Below, piece after piece: positions 1 to 9,056 of a stretch of DNA of 64,000 nt (position 1 is the first letter of the stretch; each line of letters opens with the position of its first letter). The position numbers and the translations under genes were made by a program. The DNA is taken from assembly GCA_023334545.1 (NCBI GenBank), contig JAADVB010000026.1, positions 53,086 through 117,085 on the forward strand, in the 5' to 3' direction. The notes under the pieces are model-generated. The model was not told the DNA's origin. It ran no database searches and was given only the letters and a program-made list of their open reading frames with translations. This DNA is from Salisapilia sapeloensis CBS 127946. Taxonomy: Eukaryota > Protista > Oomycota.

Positions 1-960
1 AGCAACACCTTCCAGTCGCGTCTCGTCCTCATCAACAAGCCGATTATGCGTATCCCAACGCTTGCCATCCACCTCGACCGTGAAGTTGGCACGAAAGGTT
101 TCCAATTTAACAAGGAAACTCAATTGCGCCCTGTGATCGCGACGGCTGCGAGAGCAGAGCTCGAGTCCACAGTCTCTGGCTCGGAAGACTCGCCCAAGCA
201 CCAGTCCGTACTCATGCAGCTTCTTGCGAAGGAGCTAGACGTTGAAGTCGATGCCATTCGCGACTTTGAACTCTGCCTCTTCGACACCCAAGGCGCCAAC
301 ACCGGTGGTGCGCTGGATGAATTTATCTACTCGCCGAGATTGGACAATTTGTGTTGCTCGTGGCTTGCCACCAAGTCTCTCGTCGACTCGTCTTCTAACT
401 TGGAGGAGGATAGCAACGTCCGTGTCGCTGCTCTCTTCGATAACGAAGAAGTGGGCTCCAATTCACGTCAAGGAGCTGCCTCCAACTTCCTTCAGTCCGT
501 CATGGAACGTGTGAGTGGAGGCCAGTTGCCGCATGAAGCCACGAGAAAGAGTGTTTTGGTGTCTGCAGATATGGCTCACGCGGTGCACCCGAACTACGCT
601 GAAAAGCATGAATCCAACCACCGTCCGGCTCTGCACAAGGGTCCAGTGATTAAGTACAATGCGAACGAACGCTACGCAACTACGAGCGAATCTGCCTTTT
701 TGCTCAAGGAGATCGCTAGACGCCACGAAGTTCCGATCCAAGAGTTTGTCGTACGTCAGGACATGGGCTGTGGCTCTACGATCGGTCCGATTCTTTCGAC
801 GGAATCTGGTATTCGAACCATTGACGTCGGTGTCGCGCAGTTGAGTATGCATAGCATCCGAGAGATGTGTGGAACGGAAGACTTGGAGATGACACTCAAG
901 TGGTTCACTGGATTCTACGCCGAGTTTGCTGATCTCGACAGCAAATTGACGACGGATTAG
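1..960 (+). CDS. DNPEP: Aspartyl aminopeptidase (M18 family), 5'-truncated by the window edge
   Basis: Frame is open from base 1 (SNTFQSRLVLINKPIMRIPTLAIHLDR). M18 motifs present: SPRLDNL, FDNEEVGS, SADMAHAVHPNY, CGSTIGPI, SMHSIRE. Stop at 958-960. Confidence 0.95.
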   Translation, partial: SNTFQSRLVLINKPIMRIPTLAIHLDREVGTKGFQFNKETQLRPVIATAARAELESTVSGSEDSPKHQSVLMQLLAKELDVEVDAIRDFELCLFDTQGANTGGALDEFIYSPRLDNLCCSWLATKSLVDSSSNLEEDSNVRVAALFDNEEVGSNSRQGAASNFLQSVMERVSGGQLPHEATRKSVLVSADMAHAVHPNYAEKHESNHRPALHKGPVIKYNANERYATTSESAFLLKEIARRHEVPIQEFVVRQDMGCGSTIGPILSTESGIRTIDVGVAQLSMHSIREMCGTEDLEMTLKWFTGFYAEFADLDSKLTTD

Positions 961-1057
961 TTGGGCAAGATGCAGTGAAGAGAGAGAAACAGGGTTACAT
1001 GTTGACCAAGTTAGTTGGAGTTTGTACTTTTTGTTAGATAATCTTTTTCATCGGTTG

Positions 1058-3778
1058 CTACGCCTTGGACGATGGCAAGCAGACGGATCGAAGTGCTTCG
1101 ATCCAAAGGTCTCGAGTTGCTTCCGAGTCTGCCTCTAAATCCAATCGTCGATCTCCTCCGACAATAGAGAAACACTTGCGAAGCAATTTACCTAGTAGAA
1201 GCAGAATGTTATCGAATAGAGCATTAGGATATGTAGGATCGTCCAAGTTACCATCGTTCGAAGTCCGTGTGAATACGTCACGTGGTCTTGATGCTGCAGT
1301 CGGGACGACGGATTTTATCCGTCGTATCGGTAGGCTTTCCATGCTCGACGGGTTCTTCTTGTTCACAGGTCTCCAATACAAGACATCGAGGTCCGTGGAG
1401 CTCCAGACGTACCATCGATGCGGATTTCCCCATTGCCCGACTTTCTTAAACAAGGCTCCTTTACGCAATGTGCTACGATACAAAGTCGTGTTGGCACCGA
1501 ATAAGGAGGATGTAGAGGACTTTGGCGTGAGATCGCCAGAACGAACGCGAGGAGATAGTGCATGTGTCGACCGTGGTGATCGATTTAAAGTTGCTTCATC
1601 GCTTTGGTCAGGTACTAGACTTCCTTCTAAGAGAATGCTCTGGGACTTCTTGCCCGTGTCTCCGTCAGCAGTTTCATTAGAACTTTCAACCTGATTCATC
1701 TCGCCATCCAGCTCTTCCAGATCGTCTTCTAATGGCGATAGACCATCTTCGTGATCAACAAGGCTATCTTGGTCGTCAAAGTTTCGTCTCATTTGTCCAT
1801 GATGTATCAATGCAGCCTTAGTGAGTCTGTTTAACGCTTGTTGGCCTCTTTCATCACGGCATGGAACAAGTACACTCGTCTGAGATGGGATGCAAGTGGG
1901 CAACACAACTCGACGTGTTGGACTCGATGTCGTCTCATACCTCTGTGATTTCTCAGGGGAAGCTACTTCCTTTGCTATATCTTCGTTTTCACTGTAACTC
2001 GAAGGTGTAGGAGGTGCAACCGTAAGGTAGTCTGGAGATCCTTCCACACGCCACATATCGAAAAACTTATTCGTGAACGCGACTGAGCCGCGATAGAACC
2101 TTGTTCCGTACACGGAAGTCGAGGCATGATTGTGGAGGATTTCAAGGACGCGAGTACGACTTAATCCTCGACTTAGATGATGAAATACTGCCTTGAAACA
2201 CAGCAAGCTGTCTCCATTCAAGTGTTTTCCGTATGCAGACAGACCTATACGTCCTAGCGCATCTAGGAAGGCTGAAAAGCCCATGCACAGACGCTTTACT
2301 TGATTATCTGCAAATGTATAAACTATTAGCCCATCAACACTTTTGAGAACACGTCGTAAGGTTTCAATCACGCCAGCAGCGTCCGACTTAATGCTACTGG
2401 CGATATCTAAATCTTCTTCTGGAGGATTGTTCAGCATAGATGAATGAAATGGTGTGCTTGCACACGACGCGAGGAAGATGTGCGCCGCACCAACACTGGA
2501 TAGTGGAAGGTTGGCAAAGTTAAAGTCAGTGATAAACCTCTGGAAATCCGGATAAGCCATGAACAGCTCTTTCGTGCCGACAACCGAGTCGACTGCCTGG
2601 CTTTTGGCATAGAACATGAACATGTCAAGCAGAGGCTCAAGGAACTTGCACACGAACTGAATGGCACGAGGTTGTCGAAGACGTTTCGTGTTTGTCTGCC
2701 AAGTGTGTGTCGGCCATCGGCGTGCGTACAATAAGATGTTGTCCAGAATCAAATGTTGGAAACGCGCTTCATACTCATCACTGTCTTTTAAGAACTTCTT
2801 TGGTGGAGGGACCCGACGCACGTTTGCAACCTTCATCAAAGCTTTAATAAACTCATCATAAGTCATCTTGGACGTAGATGAACGTCCTTTTGTTTCCGAG
2901 GTGTAGATGATATTGACAACGGCGGGTGTCAACTGACTTGTTAGTACACGGGCATCACGTAAGAGCTTCGTGAAATGATGAGACCGCAAGCTAGCTAATT
3001 CTCGACTGTCACCATGGACACAGTAGTAAGTATACACATTCCAGAGCTCTTCGACTGGATCAGCGTAATTTCGCACTGGTGATGCAGGAGCGCTTCCAAC
3101 GTCCGACCCTCTCTTCACTGGCCTTGGTGAAGACGCTACCGCGGACGAAAAGGATTTACTTGGTGACACGCAATTGGAAAAAGGAAGAATCGGAGTATTG
3201 CCTCCAAGAGATGAAAGTTTGCAAAAGTCCGCAACGATCTGCCGGGCCGGTTGATCTTGACTCGGGATCAAGGATAGTATCCTCGCATGATCCGGCCATA
3301 AGCACCCTTCTGGGTCAGACAACGCTACTTTCGTAGCTGGTACGCGCCAATAGAGAGCGCAGTCATGACGTAGCTGCTGGAATGTGTAGTCTTCAGGTAT
3401 CCATATCGCAAAGCCTTCGCCCGATACCGTTTCGACCATGACCTTGTGGATAGCACGATTATCATCATCGTTCGTGTCAGCAGCATTTCGTACACCCTTG
3501 CGAGTGTTAATTGGACGTATCTTTATGCAAGGAAAGTAAGACGATATCATCTGAGTGACCTCTTGTCTCGCACTAATCGGAACGCCGTCGTCTAGTACGA
3601 ATTGAAAGTTCGTCGGGGCGTCATCGACACTTTGGCAAATGCTTTCCCGTGCCTCTTGAAGCGTCATGTGCTCATTCGTTTCAATAAAGCCAATGACCCC
3701 ACGTCCATCTAATGCGACTCGAATGACATCATATGCCTGCCATTTCTGCCGTCGACCAAAATCACCTGGAGACATCAT
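1058..3778 (-). CDS. Multidomain protein: N-terminal ubiquitin-like folds, p25alpha/TPPP-like (EF-hand-like) domain(s) and a C-terminal PH domain
   Basis: 906-aa ORF. 'LWNVYTYYCVHGD...FTKLLRDARVL...LTPAVVNIIY...KMTYDEFIKALMKVA' resembles p25alpha. The C-terminus 'LRKGALFKK...WYVW...LYW...CFSIVGGDRRLDLEADSEATRDLWIEAL' is PH-like. Probable in-frame 60-nt intron at 1192-1251. Confidence 0.7.
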   Translation of the reverse strand: MMSPGDFGRRQKWQAYDVIRVALDGRGVIGFIETNEHMTLQEARESICQSVDDAPTNFQFVLDDGVPISARQEVTQMISSYFPCIKIRPINTRKGVRNAADTNDDDNRAIHKVMVETVSGEGFAIWIPEDYTFQQLRHDCALYWRVPATKVALSDPEGCLWPDHARILSLIPSQDQPARQIVADFCKLSSLGGNTPILPFSNCVSPSKSFSSAVASSPRPVKRGSDVGSAPASPVRNYADPVEELWNVYTYYCVHGDSRELASLRSHHFTKLLRDARVLTSQLTPAVVNIIYTSETKGRSSTSKMTYDEFIKALMKVANVRRVPPPKKFLKDSDEYEARFQHLILDNILLYARRWPTHTWQTNTKRLRQPRAIQFVCKFLEPLLDMFMFYAKSQAVDSVVGTKELFMAYPDFQRFITDFNFANLPLSSVGAAHIFLASCASTPFHSSMLNNPPEEDLDIASSIKSDAAGVIETLRRVLKSVDGLIVYTFADNQVKRLCMGFSAFLDALGRIGLSAYGKHLNGDSLLCFKAVFHHLSRGLSRTRVLEILHNHASTSVYGTRFYRGSVAFTNKFFDMWRVEGSPDYLTVAPPTPSSYSENEDIAKEVASPEKSQRYETTSSPTRRVVLPTCIPSQTSVLVPCRDERGQQALNRLTKAALIHHGQMRRNFDDQDSLVDHEDGLSPLEDDLEELDGEMNQVESSNETADGDTGKKSQSILLEGSLVPDQSDEATLNRSPRSTHALSPRVRSGDLTPKSSTSSLFGANTTLYRSTLRKGALFKKVGQWGNPHRWYVWSSTDLDVLYWRPVNKKNPSSMESLPIRRIKSVVPTAASRPRDVFTRTSNDGNLDDPTYPNALFDNILLLLGKLLRKCFSIVGGDRRLDLEADSEATRDLWIEALRSVCLPSSKA

Positions 3779-3952
3779 CCTACCAACTACTTATTCCCAA
3801 CGTCGTCCGAGAGCTAAATTCCCTTTCAACCTGTAGCTTAAATGATGAATCTATGAATAGCATGGACTCGACAACGGAAATAACGACGATTTGAAAGGGT
3901 CAAGAACAATTTCGTATTGTCATGTTTGACATTAAGAGAGGAAAAAAGTGAG

Positions 3953-5365
3953 TTACTTTTCTCCTTCCTCTTCCTCATACTCCGCCGTCTCAGACGGATA
4001 CAAGACGAGTTCCTGGTCTTCCGGAAGAGGCTCAAAGAATCGCGTCACGTCCTCACGGCTGACTTGAGACAAGTCACTCTTGGCCCACTTGGGGTTCCTG
4101 TCCTTGTCAACAATGACCGATCGCACACCTTCGAAAAAGTCCGGGTTGTGCATCATACGAGAGGCAATACGGAACTCCATTTGGAAGCACTCGGAGCACG
4201 ACTTAGTCGCGCCTTGACGCATCTGTTCCAACGTCACCTTTAGACTCAACGGCGACATCTTCTGGAGTGTCTTGAGTGTGTGCGAAGCCCATTCGCCATC
4301 CAGTTTCTCAAGACGCTTGAAAATGCCTTCGACCGTGTCATCCTTGTTCTGAGCACCAAAGACAGATTCGACCGTCGACAGGAATTCATTGTCACCTTCC
4401 TGCGCAGCTTCATCCGTTTCAAGCTCCTCGAGCGCTTCGTGGATCATCTCGTCGCGCTCTTCCTGAGGCATGTCCTTCGGGAAGTCCATGCCGCTCAAGT
4501 GGTGCACCATCGTCTCGTATTCCGAAGCGTTTATGTAGTGCGTCGAGAGACCAAACGCCATGACTTCGTGTCCGCTCAGTCTGTCACCCGTCAACGCCAG
4601 GTACGTTCCCAACTACACAGCATGTACGGTTACTTTTATACTCATGTACATTTTTATGTAGAAAACGTACGCCTTGGCCCTTGATAGCACGGGATTCTGG
4701 GACGTCCGCTTCGTACTCCTCCATCTCATCGAGCTTACGGCCGAGGCGAGGGAGCAAGTAGGACGCACCGACGTCTGGGAAGAAACCGATGGCGGTCTCC
4801 GGCATCGCAAAGAGCGTCTTGTCAGTTGCTACGATAAACTTACCGTGCATCGAAAGACCGACGCCACCGCCCATCGTCACGCCGTTCAGGAACGAGATGA
4901 TCGGCTGCTCCGTCGTCGCTAGCATGTAGTTCATGCGATATTCTTGACGGAAAAAGTCCACTGCCTAATACAGCAAAGCAACTTGATAAGCTAGAGAGAA
5001 AATATTCGATCCGTATCTTTTCATACTTGTTCCCGAGTCGCATCATCTTTTCCGTAGTCATAGAGCGATCGAATGTCACCACCGGCACAGAACGCCTTAC
5101 CACCCATACCGGAGAACACGACAGAGCTGACCGTACTGTTCTTCTCGAACTTGCGCAGACGGTTCGTCAAGTGCTGCGTCATCGGAAGGTTGAGCGCGTT
5201 CAGCGCCTTCGTACGGTTAAATTGGACCGTACGGACATTAGCGTCTTGGCCGTAGATAATCTCAGAAAAGTTCGGGTCCATCGACGCCGTCGTGAAGTGG
5301 GCGGCATGCTGCGGTCGCACTGGGCGCTGCAGCAACCTCAATCGCATCGCCATCGTACGCTGCAT
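3953..5365 (-). CDS. HIBCH: 3-hydroxyisobutyryl-CoA hydrolase, mitochondrial (crotonase family), 3 exons, ~430 aa
   Basis: Motifs [67 protein letters not shown] introns at 4965-5026 and 4613-4670 keep the frame. Arg-rich transit-peptide-like N-terminus. Confidence 0.93.
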
Positions 5366-5488
5366 TTTCGATTTTCGATTCTGGTCGATGGCGTCAATTG
5401 ATATAGTCTTTTCAACCAATCCTATCATTTTATTTATATTTAAAACCAATCATCGACTGAAAGATGACTACAATTTGAACTACAAGGT

Positions 5489-5764
5489 ATGGAGGATATA
5501 GATGAGGAGCTCCCGCTACTTTTCTGCGAGACACTGCCGGCAGACTTCCAGAAAAATACACAGATAGCTGCTTTAGCGACGTTCATGGCAAGTGACGAAG
5601 AGGATGTAGATGAAGAGGCTTCGTCTGAGAGTTATGGGAAGAAGATGCGAGCGAAAAAGTCGCATCGATCACATCCGTATTCGAAACCACGCGCTAAAGC
5701 TACCAAGGAGAAGAACGAGATAAAAGAGCTGCAATTGTATTTAAATATGTTTAACGTAGAATAA
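5489..5764 (+). CDS. Small hypothetical protein (91 aa)
   Basis: ATG-initiated ORF divergent from HIBCH, with protein-like composition (ELPLLFCETLPADF..., acidic then basic tract, C-terminal ELQLYLNMF). Confidence 0.6.
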   Translation: MEDIDEELPLLFCETLPADFQKNTQIAALATFMASDEEDVDEEASSESYGKKMRAKKSHRSHPYSKPRAKATKEKNEIKELQLYLNMFNVE

Positions 5765-7267
5765 AATCACGAGCCATTGCACTACTAGTAGCGAAATGTG
5801 TTTTTTTCTTAATGAATTCACCTATGTAGCAAGGGATGGATGGCACGATTCGTGTATGAACACAAGGTGCAATCCAACAGCATGCGGCTCTACATGACTG
5901 GCTTATCCTAGCATTTTGATCTAAAACAAATTAACAAAAAGGGCATTTAATTTTGCTGGCGTCGTCCTTGTGGCGAATGCTATGATGGAAAAATGCTTTC
6001 CAGGTATACAGGCACTATGGCCGTGCTCGCTCTGAATACCGATTCGGTCTAATTGAGGATTCAAATTTTGTAGAAGTATTTATGATAGTCGAACCGGACA
6101 ATTCCATGTTCGTTGAGAATTGCCGATTCGGATGAATTACATGACGTTGCAATCCTTCATATGGTACCAATGTAACTTTCCCGCGAAACTAGGAGTACGA
6201 AAGCGAGTGATGAATGGTGGCAATGGAGATACTGCCTTCTATTTGGTCTAACTTATCTGCTGTGCCCCATTCTTTGTTATAATTGAGGTTTCCATTGCCA
6301 TGCTCACAGCAGCATGATCTGTGTGGATATTGCAACATGCAGATGACGTTCCTGGGTTGATATAAGTCTGAATCAATATATATCTCGACATCATCCACCT
6401 TTTTCGTCGGCTTCAATCAGGCCAATTCAAGAGGCATAATACCGATCACAGCTCGCATGGGCTCGTTCTCATAATGTCTATAACTCCTCGCATAATTGCT
6501 GATTACCCTTTTAACGAACACGCCACTCCATGTTCTTGGTCTACCTCTTTCTTCGTCTTTGCTGAAATCAGGAAGAAACGATCTCTGAGAAGACTTTCAG
6601 ACATTCCTGGTGCTCGTAATGTGCAGATTTGAAAAAGCGCGCGAAAGATCGGAGAGCTCTTCGCTTTACTTGCGCTATTGAGCTCTTCGCTATTATTTCG
6701 GAGCAGACTATGTACAGTGGTGGATGAAATAGTTGGTCGATATTTGCGACTCACACTGTACCTGTCCCAATGAATTGGCGAAGAGCTCAGTGTTGCAAAT
6801 AAATCAAATGACACTTCAACCTGAAGAGCTTCTGAGGATACGCTGGACGCCATTCCCCGCCAAAGTATGACAGAGGAACGGACGATACACGTGGATATGA
6901 ATGGAAAAGCAGGATGAACCTGCAAAAACTCAGTCATTGATTCCAATTATAATTTATCCATATTTAATCACACAATATCCGGAAATGCCTTGCTTAACAC
7001 CCAACTATCTGCTAAACGAACACGACCTCGACTTTAATTTTCCTTTAATTTTGTCGTTCTTTACTATCATTCCTTCTAGGCATCCCTCCTTTTATTTAAA
7101 ATATACATTCTTCTTGCCTCTGTCTAATTTCCACTCTCCACATACAAGAACACTTACACAGTATACAAATTGATGTGGAAGTTTTTATATTTCCACAAAT
7201 ACATGCAGTGATGAGTATCCGTAAGGTACCGAGACGGTATCGAAGGTCCCTCGAATTGTGCTTGAAC

Positions 7268-8915
7268 CTACAGCGGAATGTTGCCATGCTTCTTCCACGG
7301 GTTGCTCAACTCCTTCGTCTCTAGCACGTCCAAGTCCTCGCAAATGTGCAATCTCGTGTTCGTCGGCTCGATCACATCATCGACGAACCCACGCTGCGCA
7401 GCGACCATCGGCGTCGCGAACTTGCGTTCATAGTCCGCCGTATTCTCCTCGACATTCTTGCCTCGGAAAATGATCTCGACTGCTCCTTTAGCTCCCATGA
7501 CAGCAATTTCAGCGGACGGCCAAGCGTAGTTCACATCGCCACGAAGATGCTTGGAGCTCATCACGTCGTATGCACCTCCATATGCTTTACGAGTGATCAC
7601 AGTGATCTTCGGTACAGTAGCCTCGGCGTACGCGTACAGCAGCTTCGCACCATGGCGAATTATACCATTGTACTCTTGGTCTGTACCAGGCAGGAAGCCA
7701 GGGACGTCGACTAACGTGACGATTGGGATGTTGAATGAGTCGCAGAATCGGACGAAGCGAGCAGCTTTCACGGATGCATCAATGTCGAGGCAGCCAGCAA
7801 GTTCCATCGGCTGATTAGCAACGATACCGACGACGCGACCTTCAAAGCGTCCGTAGCCCACAATGATATTCTTCGCATAGTCCGGCATGATCTCGAAAAA
7901 GTCAAACGAGTCGACGATCTGGTCGATGATGTCTCGCATGTTGTACGGAACGTTCGGATCCGGAGGAACGATGCTTTCCAACGCTGGAATCGGTCGGTTC
8001 CGATCATCATCCGACTCGCGTCTCGGTGGTTTTTCTATCTTTACTTGAGTTTATTTCTACATGTATTAATATGCAAGACATACCCTTGTTGTTGAGAGGA
8101 ATATAGTCGAAGAAGCGACGCATCTCTCGAATGGCTTCCACGTCATTATCAAAGGCGCAGTGGGCCACACCAGACGTCTTCGTATGTGTGGCAGCTCCTC
8201 CTAATTGCTCCTGAGTCACATCTTCATTCGTCACTGTCTTCACAACGTCCGGTCCAGTCACAAACATGTAGGACGAATCTCTCGACATGAAGATAAAGTC
8301 AGTCATGGCTGGCGAGTACACTGCTCCACCAGCACATGGACCCATGATCACAGACAATTGCGGAATCACACCCGATGCCAATACGTTCAATTGGAAGATA
8401 TCAGCGTATCCAGCCAAGGATGCCACACCTTCTTGGATACGAGCCCCTCCAGAGTCGTTCAGACCGATGACAGGAGCGCCGACTTTCATGGCTGTCTCCA
8501 TGATCTTGGCAATTTTTTCTGCATACGTCTCCGACAGACTTCCGCCAAAGACCGTAAAGTCTTGGCTAAAGACAAAGGTCAGTCGTCCGTTAATCAGTCC
8601 TCGACCCGTCACGACGCCATCTCCAGGGTACTGTTCGTTCTCCATACCAAAGTCCGTGCATCGATGCGTCTTGAGCATATCATACTCTCGAAAAGATCCT
8701 TGATCCAGAAGCAAGTCAATTCGTTCACGTGCCGTTAACTTTCCTTTTTCATGCTGCTTCGCACGTCTCGCTTCTCCACCTCCGTCCAACGCTTGCAATC
8801 GAGCCTTGTCCAATTCTTCCCGAAATGCCATTTTCCGAGCAGCAGGCGTCAACACAGACGAGGCACTGAGATATCGGCGTCCATGACGAGCAAAGGTTGA
8901 TGTTAAACGTAGCAT
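7268..8915 (-). CDS. PCCB: Propionyl-CoA carboxylase beta chain, mitochondrial, 2 exons, ~532 aa
   Basis: Carboxyl-transferase motifs [49 protein letters not shown]-terminal KKHGNIPL. A 49-nt intron at 8035-8083 joins [13 protein letters not shown] in frame. Confidence 0.95.
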
Positions 8916-8960
8916 CGTCTCCTGCAACGTTGCACTTGTACTTGGCAGGTTCAACGTCAG

Positions 8961-8974
8961 GAAAAGGAATGAGC
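8961..8974 (-). promoter_or_regulatory. Oomycete-type Initiator (Inr/FPR-like) element for PCCB
   Basis: Minus strand reads GCTCATTCCTTTTC, matching the GCTCATTY core, about 45 nt upstream of the PCCB ATG. Confidence 0.55.
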
Positions 8975-9039
8975 CGTCGGCTAGGTTTAGAGTCGTCTGT
9001 GACGGTACCATATGCGTACAGTCGCGATCTTTCGAAGCG

Positions 9040-9053
9040 TCACTTGCACGTTG
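9040..9053 (+). promoter_or_regulatory. Putative Inr (TCACTT) for the giant gene
   Basis: TCACTTGCACGTTG begins 17 nt upstream of the ATG at 9057; partial match to TCAYTY...TT. Confidence 0.35.
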
Positions 9054-9056
9054 AAC

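Noticed and set aside
1065-1694. 209-aa plus-strand ORF overlapping the p25alpha/PH gene
   Set aside because: It is antisense to a well-supported domain and has no motifs.
4280-4684. Plus-strand ORFs antisense to HIBCH (also 3917-4243 and 5027-5401), and similar shadow ORFs opposite PCCB, PP2A-A, GK and the giant gene
   Set aside because: These are antisense shadows of real genes caused by codon bias; they have no recognisable motifs.
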